DNA of 64,000 nt from Eledone cirrhosa (taxonomy: Eukaryota): positions 239,010,001 through 239,074,000 of the forward strand of contig OZ024740.1 in assembly GCA_964016885.1 (NCBI GenBank). The letters run 5' to 3'. Below the pieces are notes generated by a model. It was not told the origin of the DNA. It was given only the letters and a program-made list of their open reading frames with translations, and made no database searches. This document shows positions 53,428 to 64,000 of the stretch, piece after piece (position 1 is the first letter of the stretch; the number at the start of each line of letters is the position of its first letter). Position numbers and translations under genes: made by a program.

Positions 53428-55680
53428 CACTAAAGTGCGGGATGGCCACCGCTGGGACATCTTGAATAGATAGATATCTATTCAATCTAAGCTGATCTCG
53501 GGCTAAATAACATCAACGCATAGTGATGAACACTTTATATATGTTATTAAAGACATGCCGGTTAAAATATGACCACTGGTTATGTCTTAAAGGATTCATG
53601 AGCGAAATGTCCAAATATTTTGTTATACCCATATATTTCTACTTATAGAATGTGAAATTCATTTGTAAATGTACACAGAAAACCTTAGATCCGAATAATA
53701 TTTTCAGACTTTCGTCTATTGTGAGAATAGAGGCATCAACAAGTTTGGTATGAAGCGTAAGCCATGCTGGATATTGAAGTCATCCTCATCACACGCTCTT
53801 TTGTGAGAGCATGTGATGAGGAACACTTCGTGTATATTATTAAAGATATTCTCGATAAACTATCTTTGACAGATACTGCTTAGTTCTCACTTTAAAGTGT
53901 CCAAACATTTCGTTATGTATCAAATTATATCGAAGAATTATGACAGATGTGTTATGCGTGATACAGGTCTCAAATTACTTGTCTGAATTCTACTGTTATC
54001 TCTGTGGACTGGCGTTATGATTAATTATTTTTTCATGTTCATTTGTTGTCCAGCAGCTCAGTAATTTTAGAAGAATAATTTTAGAGGATTAGAAGAGCTG
54101 CTTTACATTGATTCAGGAGGAGAACTGGAAAGTTATCCGGTTTTAGAGATGAATTTGTATTAAGAAAATTTATTTCTTGATATACTAGAATTTCATAGAC
54201 TAGACCAGTATAAGAAGTGGTGTCTATTATAAAAAATACCCTCAGATTGTCTTTTATTGCTGTTGTTTATTGGGAGAAAATATCTTGACTTAGCTTTGAT
54301 CCTTACGAGGGCGTTAAATCACCACTCTATATGTCATCTTCACACTGAAGTGATGCAATATTTTGATTTTAAGCTTCGAGACTCAGTGGCAGAAAAATGT
54401 TTTGGATTCAATTTTATCTACGTCTCCACTGAGTTCTTTTCCGAATTTGTTTCTTTCTTAATTAATTTGAAGTGCAGCTTCAAAGCTGGGATTAAGTTAA
54501 TCAATTTCTTTTCAGATACTACCTTTGTGAGCCCTTCATTAGTATATCTCTAGCAGTAATATAGTGTTTTTGACAATGACGCTTAAGAGGAATATGATAC
54601 TTGACCACTTCCAGCGTTTCCATTTCAGTCATGACAATGCAGTATTTTTGCAGACATTTTGGACTACATTATTCAATGTATTATTTCTTTATTAAGGCGG
54701 CGGGAGGAAGGAATTTACAAAGATTCGTGGAATTAGTACACTGATTACATCAATACAGTTCTATTTATAACTCTAGAATGCTATATATAAATTTAAATTA
54801 ACATTAACTGAAATCTACCCCAAGAAGAGATGGATACATATATATCCAGGTAGTCCTAGATATACTTATGATGGTCATAAATGGCTGTAAATATCAACTA
54901 AATTAATAAACAGTAGCTAAATCTCCCTCACATCACACCCCCATTGAATTAAAAAAGGACACATAGTACAATACAGTCTTAGGTAAACTGTGTTTGAATA
55001 AAAGATGGGCTGGAACATATTTGACCATAGGTCGGGTTTGATCAGAACTGAACTAGGGTTAAACAACAAAAATGCTTTATAATTTGAGCACAAGACCTTC
55101 CGTTGGAAGAGTGAAGAGAATAGTCTATTTATATCGAACCTAGTACATGACTGGTACTTAATTTTAACGACCTTGCTGGAAGGATGATTTGAACTCAGAG
55201 CGTAAAGAGGTAGAAAAATCACCACAGAAAAGCATTTCACTCGACGCCCTGACGATCATGCCAAACTGCTTAATATTAATTCCTCCTAACAGGCAAAAGG
55301 TCAGCAATGTTGCGGAATAGGAAAGTCGATTATATCGACTCTAGTACTTTATTTTATCGACCTCGGAAGGATGAAAAGCAAAGTCAATTTAACTCAGAAT
55401 CGGAGCGAATACTCCTAAGTATGTACCCGACGCTATAATGACTGCCAAGCAACCACCCATCAAGCTGTAATTACACATACTTTTTTAATATGGTTGAGAA
55501 ATATTAAAAGAAAAGGTACCAGCTGAATAGATTTGGAAATATAAAAAGGAGAGAAAGAGAGGGAGTGAGTGAGTGAATGTGTGTGTGAGAGAGAGAGAGA
55601 AAGATATATATACTACTGGGTTAGTTCAGATCTAGCTGTCGAAACGGCCGGAGCTCAGCCGTCGGGGTCCTGACTATTTT

Positions 55681-55746
<66 letters not shown>

Positions 55747-55773
55747 TGGAGAGAGAGAGGGATAGATGAGAGT

Positions 55774-55913
<140 letters not shown>

Positions 55914-56064
55914 AGTGAAAATTAACAAAGAAAAGCAGACAGTGAAAACAGTAAGAAAGTAATAGTATTTTGATTGAAACTATGACCAGTAACGAATCAG
56001 AAAAGCTTTAAAGTCAGGTAAAATAGGATTAGATAAGATAGCAATGCGAATCTATTGTACTTAC

Positions 56065-56164
56065 CAGGGACACACTTGCCTTCTTTCCCCAGACAAACTC
56101 CTGAAAAACATCTTCTCGAAACTACTTCTGTTTGGCACGTATAACCGAATCCACACTTGATTCT
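56065..56164 (-). CDS. Multidomain Kunitz inhibitor gene, cysteine-rich exon
   Basis: ttcctatAG ... GTAAGT, 100 nt, phase 0-1; RIKCGFGYTCQTEVVSRRCFSGVCLGKEGKCVP. Confidence 0.68.
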
Positions 56165-58225
56165 CTATAGGAATTAAAATAAAGGATTTCAGTAGTTTTC
56201 CTTAACAAATGTCTGGGGAATATGGAAAGATATGGTTAGAACATTTGTTCACGTTCTCCGTAATGGCTGTTGCTAAAGTAATAAATAGAACATCATACGT
56301 ATACATAAATACATATGCCTACACATACTCACACTTACCAATGTGCTCACACATACATATAAGATTTAAGTATACATGTGTCGAATATTAATAATTCTAA
56401 TTAAGGCACAAGGCTAGCAATTTTCTTGTGGAGTGGTGAAAGTCGATTATATCGATCTCAGCTTGGTACTTTATTTTATAGTCTCCGGAAGGATAAAAAG
56501 CAAAGCTTGACTTTGGATGGATTTAAATTCAGAACGCAAAGAACCGGAACAAATACTGCTACGCTCTAACGACTCTGTCAATCCATCTCCCTCTACATAT
56601 TAATTCATCTAACTCAAGACACATCACCACAAAAGTGCTCAATAAATAATTAACTATAGGTTAGGAAATTCATAGCTGTGGCATTTTTGAACATGATAAA
56701 ACGTGGAACAGACTTAAAAATACAAAAAAATATTACATAAAAGGAGATATAGAATCAAAAGTGGTTTAGAAAATTCAGTACAATTGAAACAGAATAATCA
56801 CAACCACAACTTAAATATATTATACAGATCGATATATTCAGAACATTTATTAGATTGAAAACTAATTCAAGATTAGTGTCTAGTTTATTGTTGTTTAGCC
56901 AGAAGTTGGCCATGATTGAGCAGACATATGATCAAAGGCATTTCAGCCGTGAACAACCCAACTTTTGTCACACTGCATTAGCTAGCCATAAGACAGTACA
57001 TTTAAGACTATATATATATATATTTATTTCAGTGTGTTGTTCTTTTTTTGAAGGCAGTAGAATTTGACTGCTATTTTTCGCTGATTGAGTGGACACATCA
57101 AGGATCTCTTATTGATTCGATTAGTGTTTAACATTTTATCATTTTATCAAATTAGTGTCGTAGTAATTTAATATTTTAATTAACGTAATAAAACATCTGT
57201 TCTAGCTTATACCAAAAAGAAAGTTGTATCATCTTAAATATACATTACATCACAAGGATTTTGACAGCGGCAGGTAGGACATCCAGTTCGTTGATCTATA
57301 TCATAACCACTTATGGGACATCGAGTTCTGCAGTATCTCAAATAACATCTCCGGGGGAGAGGTCGAGCTATCAAGAAAAAAAATGACATTTATGGATCCG
57401 TAACTTCTGATGGAGTCGTAGGGCGCCGTAATGTTAAACAGCATGTTGTGGGCACATTTTAAAACCTGGCGGAGCCCATCTGATCCCAATGTCTGAACAC
57501 AGCCGATTTCTTCCAAAGAAAGACATAACGAGAGGAAGTGAGAAGGAGATATAGAGGAAGAATCGATCACAGTATTGGACTGGTAATTTTTTTTATCGAA
57601 CATAAAAGGATGAAAGGCAAAGTTGACTTTGGCGGGATTTAAACTCAGAGCTTAGAAAGCTGGAATGAATACCGCAAAGTGTTTGCTCCGAAATTTGTCG
57701 AGCTGTACCAGAGGATCTTTAAGCTGCTATTTCTAGCCACATTGTAGGCCTGTCACGTGGTCATAATATCTTAGGAGATTTAAGAACGTATCACTACACG
57801 TAATATTATAATGCCTGGTGCCTCGGCTTTGGAAACAGCATGTAATATATATTGTTCCATTTCTTTTTTAAGAATTAAACTCCTCTAAAGAATGTGGCAG
57901 ATTATTCAATTATTGGTGGTTCCAATAATAACTTTTCCCCATACGAAACCATGATAGGAAGATCTATATATAAGCGAAGTTTAATAGAATACATTTTTTG
58001 TCTGCCTTGTTTATACTCCCAGAATTAGAGTTTTTTCTCATTTAATTTTAATATAGTGTATTATATAGTTGATCTCTGTTGCACAACTAGCAGAGAACGA
58101 AGGATAGCCTTGGACAGAAACATCAACTTTCCTCTCTAAATATGTATATTAAAAACTAATAATTTTTCTTCGCCATTTTATTATTATTCGTATAAATATG
58201 CAATTTAACTGCACTTTGCACTCCC

Positions 58226-58263
58226 GCCGTTGAAAAAGCATACAATGCTGAAACCGGTACCAC
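58226..58263 (+). ncRNA. Degenerate U3:A8 hammerhead motif (stem I lost)
   Basis: UUGAAAA AGCA-uacaa-UGCU GAAA CCGG UA; downstream sequence resembles 53270-53330. Confidence 0.4.
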
Positions 58264-58336
58264 TTTATAAATAAATGTTTTGATATACTGAAAAAATCCC
58301 TCCAGCATTTTCTATATTTTTTCCTTTTTACTATTT

Positions 58337-58418
<82 letters not shown>

Positions 58419-58649
58419 GGTATAATATATATATAAGCACGTGTGAATTATGTTACAGTAATGATTGACAATTTTGAAAGTAGACTTAGAAGCTTTGACA
58501 TAAATTGACTACAGAAAACTGAATATGAACTCTCGTAACGGAAAAAATTGGCATTTTTGCCGTTATGGAGCTTCATATGCCCTAATGTTAGACTATTTTC
58601 TGTAGTCAATCTACGGTCAAAGCTTCTAAGTCTATTTTTAATAAATATT

Positions 58650-58792
<143 letters not shown>

Positions 58793-59819
58793 TGTAAATA
58801 AAGCAGTTGATTTAAGAACATTTGAAATTTGAAATGCGTGCGTCCTAACGAAAATTATCATAATAGTAGATAGCTATACATATTTGTTAAGAAAATCGAA
58901 TAAAGTAACCTTGGAGACGGAAAAAAGTGGATAAAATATAGATTTTGTGAATAATAGCGTTGTTGGTTACAACTTTTTCAGCGAGCCAATCAATAGTTCT
59001 TCGAATTTACAATAGCAGTAGTGACAATAGAGTGTTTGTACAACTCGAGTGTAATAAATACAGCAAAGTACTTTTCTCTGAGCCAAGTATCATTGTCAAC
59101 CTCAACGTTTGATTTTGTTAACCAAACGCTCCTTGTGCGTGTTAGATGGACCACTCACCCCCTGTTTTAAGGCAGATGTAGTGGTTCGCCTTCTTAGGAG
59201 TATCTGAGAATGTCCTCGGTTATTTTGCCGGTGTATATATATTTTTTAAATCGATATACATCAGCGAAAGATACACACACATACGTATTACCGTGTATAT
59301 ACACCAAATGTGTATATTCCGGATTAAATTATTTCGTTTATTTACTTCTCATTAGACGTTGGTCATAGCCCCAATTAATTATTTATTTGCAGAGCTTTCT
59401 CTCACTGAATTAATGCCTCGATTAGACAAATTCTGAGGTTCATGAGGTTCATACAAAGACACACACACAACCACATACGGAAACAATATGCTTCCGTCTG
59501 AAAATTGTCAGTCGTAGGCTTTGGTCAATTTTAATGTATGGAATCTGACATTTGCCTAACGAGATGAGTGGTTACATGAAATATGTTCTCTAGTAGTTTC
59601 ATGGTCTGTAGATATGGTCCTTACCCAAACCTCAAATCTATTCCTAAATCGTAAAGAAGAGACAATAACAAAAACGCTTCCTCAAAATATTACATTACCG
59701 AATGGCAAAAATAGAATTTCTATTGATTTTTGAAATGGTAAAATATATCTTTCTTCAGAGACAGTAATCTGGGATGTATATTGTAGATTGGATCTGGATA
59801 TAAATTTGTATTTACTTAC

Positions 59820-59878
59820 AAGGATGATGATTGCACATGTTAATAGTCTTGATTTAAAGCCAATATAGAATCGATCTC
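59820..59878 (-). CDS. Candidate exon of the Kunitz inhibitor gene
   Basis: ttaattAG ... GTAAGT, 59 nt, phase 1-0; (G)DRFYIGFKSRLLTCAIIIL, in phase with both neighbouring exons. Confidence 0.5.
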
Positions 59879-60340
59879 CTAATTAAATACAATACATTAA
59901 ATTGTCTGACATCTTAGGAGAATCAAAGACAATATAACTTGAACTAGGAGTCAGTAATATATATTCTGGTCTAAGTTCCACAATTTCATCATTTCTAGAC
60001 TAGGCATTGGGAAGATAAAGTTGAAATTATACTGGGACGCCTTGGGGGCCAAATTACACATAATAAATCAATATATATACACTTACACTTCTTTTTACAT
60101 TAGAGAGGCCAAGCTCTCATCAAGTTTCCCTAAATTAAAGAATAATCAATATAAAAAGTTCACAACTTTGTATAAGTTTACATGCTATCGAGGGAATAAG
60201 AATCTTGAATTTCATCTGACTCTGAAATTTATTTTTGAATTAAAAACAAAAAAAGCTTTAGAGATGTTTATATGAAATGTTTAAATATAAAGTATTGGCG
60301 ATGCTCCTATAAAAATGAATTCGGATGTAAATTGGCATAC

Positions 60341-60397
60341 CTGTGAATTTCCAGGAATTTAAGGAGAATACCCCAACACAGGCCAAATAGTAAACAA
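60341..60397 (-). CDS. Candidate exon encoding the end of a signal peptide of the Kunitz inhibitor gene
   Basis: tttttatAG ... CAG/GTATG, 57 nt, phase 1-1; VYYLACVGVFSLNSWKFT. Confidence 0.45.
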
Positions 60398-61479
60398 CTA
60401 TAAAAATTGTTAAACAACCGCTTTTACTGATCATATTGAATGGAGATGGAAGCTGAAAGAAAAGAAAAAAAAAATGGATATAATTTATCAGTGATTCACC
60501 ATTTCAGTGCAAGTGGCGAACTGGAGAGTCGTTAAAACGTCGGATAAGATGCTTTGCCGTATTCATTCTGGTTCTCTGAGATCAAATTCCGCTGAGAGCA
60601 ACGCTACCATTAACCCTTTCGAGATTGATAAAAGAAGTACCTTTCAAGTATTAAGGTCGATTCTTCTTGTATATTTCTTTCTCACTTTCTTTCTATCTCT
60701 TTTTTGGGGAAAAAATCGACTGTGTTCAGATCTAGAGAAGGGATGTTCTCCACTACGTTTAAAATGTTCAAGATACGCTGTATGTCTCTACGGTACTCCA
60801 ACGACTCAATCATGTGTTATGTGTTCATACATATATACAACATTTCGGTTTTTGTTCATTGCAGTTAAGTGTAGGTTAAACAAAATATATGTAGAGGACC
60901 TAAAATAGTTAAGTACGTGTTAACATAATTAATGCAGTGAGCCACGAAGAATATTTAATCCATTAAAATCAAATCGATGGGCCACACATTCACATGGACG
61001 CATACACACACACACGCGTATACACATATACACCCATATATAAAGCTACACAATCTCATCGTAAACTGTAATTCGTGCGCGCACTCTCATACACACAGAA
61101 TACCTTCTTCTTGGTTGTCCATCGTGAACGATGATGACATCTTCTTTATTTTAGTTCCCGTCTGCCGTGGGCACGAAGGAGGCTGTGGAGGCCGATCTTC
61201 TGTCATCCCAGGGTCAGGAGGAGAACCACTTGCGCATCTAGGCCGCCCACGTGTGGGTTTGAGACTGGCAACACAGAATATATATTACCCGTATTAACAA
61301 ATTAAACAGTGTAGATCCCCGACAGCATTTGTACATGGATGTATGTAAACCCCTATATTTGTGTGTATAGATGTATGCACCCACTTGCGTGAGGATCTCA
61401 CCTAATGTATTCTATAGTCGAATTTAGGGTGGTCATAGCAAAATGTCGCAAAAGCTAGGTTCGTCAGATTACCAAACTC

Positions 61480-61672
61480 AGACCTGCCAACCTCTAAAAA
61501 CCCAAACGGAGAGTATCATGGAAAAAAGTACCCCAAAACGGGGAGAAATGAGGCAAAATGGGGAGATTTTACATAATGAAAGCTATACCCATTTTCACAA
61601 GAGAAGACATCTCTCACCCACCCAAATTGGGTGTGAGATCTCCCCGTCGGGTGGGGAGAGTTGACAAGTCTG
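61480..61672. mobile_element. hAT-like MITE
   Basis: Imperfect terminal inverted repeats CAGACCTGCCAAC / GTTGACAAGTCTG; no clear target-site duplication. Confidence 0.45.
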
Positions 61673-62470
61673 TGAACTGTAAGTTGAAATTGTTGTATTT
61701 CGAGAAATGGGGTGCATAATTATGAGAAGGGGCGCACATTGTGGTGCTTGCCAAAGTCACTAAATATCCAAGCGCCGGTTTTGTATATTAGTTATGTCAT
61801 ATGTGGCGCGTGAATAGACGCAGTGACAGTTATGACGAGCGGGAGTAGAAATAAAGCAAGTCAGGTATGAGTGACTGAAACTAAAACTCGAGAGAAAGAC
61901 AAACAGTTGACAGAACTGTTAGATAGAAGAAGTGGAAACAAATGTAACATATAGCTGTGTTGTTATATGTATATGAAAGTAAATTATAGAAGAGAAACTC
62001 AGCATAGTTCAAAGAGAAAGAAAAAAATAAAAAATAAAAATATAACGTTAGAAAAAATATCAGTTGAAGATAAAAAAAAAAAAAAAAATCAGAAATAATG
62101 GTACACGTATAGCGGACATTGGATATTTGATTGAGAAACGAAGCAAGTATGGCACAATGGAAGATTATATCAAGTTTCAACTGATTGTAGGAAAAGAAAT
62201 CTATGTGGTTAGTATTATGAGACGCAGTCATAGTGATAGCGGTAACGGTGTGTGTGTGTGTGTGGGGGGGGGGGGGGGTTACTTCTAATACTTGCAATAT
62301 ATATTTTCTTATACTTCACTTATTCAATATTTTCTTTTCATTTTTTTTTCTGGCAGCAGTGAATTAGTAGAGTTGTTACGGCGTCGGATTAAATCTTTCG
62401 GAATTTTTTCTGGCTGAGTTCAAATCCCACCGAGGTCAATTTTGCCTTTCATTATTTTGAGGTTGATGAA

Positions 62471-62660
62471 GGGTGGTGAATTGGCAGTATCGGTAGAGGG
62501 TTGGACGCCATGCTTTCTAGCATAGTTACGTCCCTTTACAGTCTGAGTTCAAATCCCGCCGAGGTTAACTTTGCCTTTCATCCTTACGAGGTCGATAAAA
62601 TAAAGTACCAGTAATGTACTGGGTAATTGCTGGCCCTGTGCCTAAAGTAGAAACAATTAT
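62471..62660 (+). mobile_element. SINE family A copy nested in an older copy
   Basis: Consensus match; interrupts a diverged SINE starting at ~62350. Confidence 0.8.
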
Positions 62661-63304
62661 TTTAAGGTTGATAAATAAAGTATCGTCCACTCTCAGCTGT
62701 ATTCAGGCCTAGATTTAAAATGCTTCTGACAGCGCCCATACGACTCCAGGAGTTTCTTCTTCTTCTTCTTCTTCTTCTTCTTCTTCGCCCACTTATTCCC
62801 GAGAGGGTTCAATCAGAAGCATCTGTATCCAAATGATTCGGTTAAGAAAAGAATCGCTGGACATATTTTACGGGCAAAGACAACCAGAAGAAAACCGAGA
62901 GGTCGACTACGAGCAAGATTCTTGGATACAGATTCATAAGCTCGCGTGTGGGTCTAGCAGAATCATCTGGAGATGATTGCTTCTTTTATAACTTAGTCAA
63001 TGAAAAAGAACCAGAGGCAGTACGAATGACTTTTGCAGGTCTCTCTGAACTGGTTAAATTAATATAGTTGAGGTTCAGTAGTCGTACGGTGATGTCAGTT
63101 TAAAAAATAACAAAAATAATAAGCAACCGTGTGAGGTGAGGTAATTCTAAAAATCTATGAGGAATGGGAAAAACGTTTAGTGTGGGATTTTGAGGGTAAT
63201 ATAAAGTAGGACTGATGGGTAGATCACGTGGGACTGGATGGAGAAATAATGTATATAACAAGTTCAGAGGAGCAGAGGAAATTGTAATAATAATAATAAT
63301 AATA

Positions 63305-63635
63305 ATTGTTTCTATTTTAGGCACAAGGCCAGCAATTACCCAGTACAATACTGGTACTTTATTTTATCGACCCCGTAAGGATGAAAGGCAAAGTTAACCT
63401 CGGAATAATAATAATAATGATAATGGTTTCTTATATAGGTACAATGCCAGTAATTTGGGGGGAGGGGAAAGTCGATTAAATCGACCACAGTGCATGACTG
63501 GTACTTTATTTTATCGATCCCGTAAGGATGAAAGGCAAAGCTAACCTCGGCGGGATTTGAACTCAGAACGTAAAGGGCCGTAATTCAATGCCGCAAAGCA
63601 TAGTGTCCAACACTCTACCCATACTGCCAATCCCC
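63305..63635 (-). mobile_element. Two SINE family A copies (partial plus full)
   Basis: Consensus match on the minus strand. Confidence 0.8.
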
Positions 63636-64000
63636 CATCGTTATAAACAAAAACGCAACCACTTATTTTTACCCTACCAGACAACCAACTGCAGTTATGG
63701 GAAAGTATAGAGGGAAAAAATACATGTCATGTTATTGTCAGGGATGTAGCTCAAACTAGTTTTGGGTAACGCAACAATGCTAATAAGGATAACATAAACA
63801 TATATACAACTTCTTAAGATTGTTGTCCACTTGCCAATTAACCGTATTATTACTCATATATCACAGCTAAGATACGCTAACCGTAATATATCACAACAAT
63901 ATTATACATCCCAATAGAGATCACAACTGTAGTATATATCATAGGCTTCCTTCGGTCACGAATGACTATGGATTTGAACCTAGAAAGTTTCCCTCTGAGC

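Noticed and set aside
53785-53821. Short inverted repeat cctcatcaca.gctct / agagc.tgtgatgagg
   Set aside because: Isolated hairpin in decayed repeat-like DNA with no supporting context
63670-63730. Possible first (signal peptide) exon of the Kunitz gene
   Set aside because: No good phase-1 donor, and one ATG frame has a stop

Overview
Eukaryotic, AT-rich, microsatellite-dense genomic DNA; the SINE families and repeat landscape suggest an octopus or other coleoid cephalopod (inference). Host genes: the last coding exon of TSR1 (+, 3-172), and six phase-compatible minus-strand exons (60397 to 31952) of a probably secreted multidomain protease inhibitor (Cys-rich repeat, Lustrin/WR1-like domain, two Kunitz domains with P1 Arg and P1 Phe). 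The rest is decayed mobile DNA: Penelope-like elements (PLEs) of at least three types, R4/Dong-like, RTE and CRE-like non-LTR fragments, hAT and Tc1/mariner remnants, MITEs and many tRNA-derived SINEs. The most notable signal is a set of about 10 type I hammerhead ribozyme motifs read directly from the sequence. They lie in PLE pseudo-LTRs and in short non-coding elements beside (TA)n tracts, and three carry a compensatory U3:A8 core (UUGANAA). Also notable: a ~426-nt retrozyme-like partial tandem, kilobase-scale foldback insertions, and a twice-repeated chimeric element built from two converging LINE-like 5' ends. All family assignments are by eye and from memory, and coordinates of decayed repeats are approximate.
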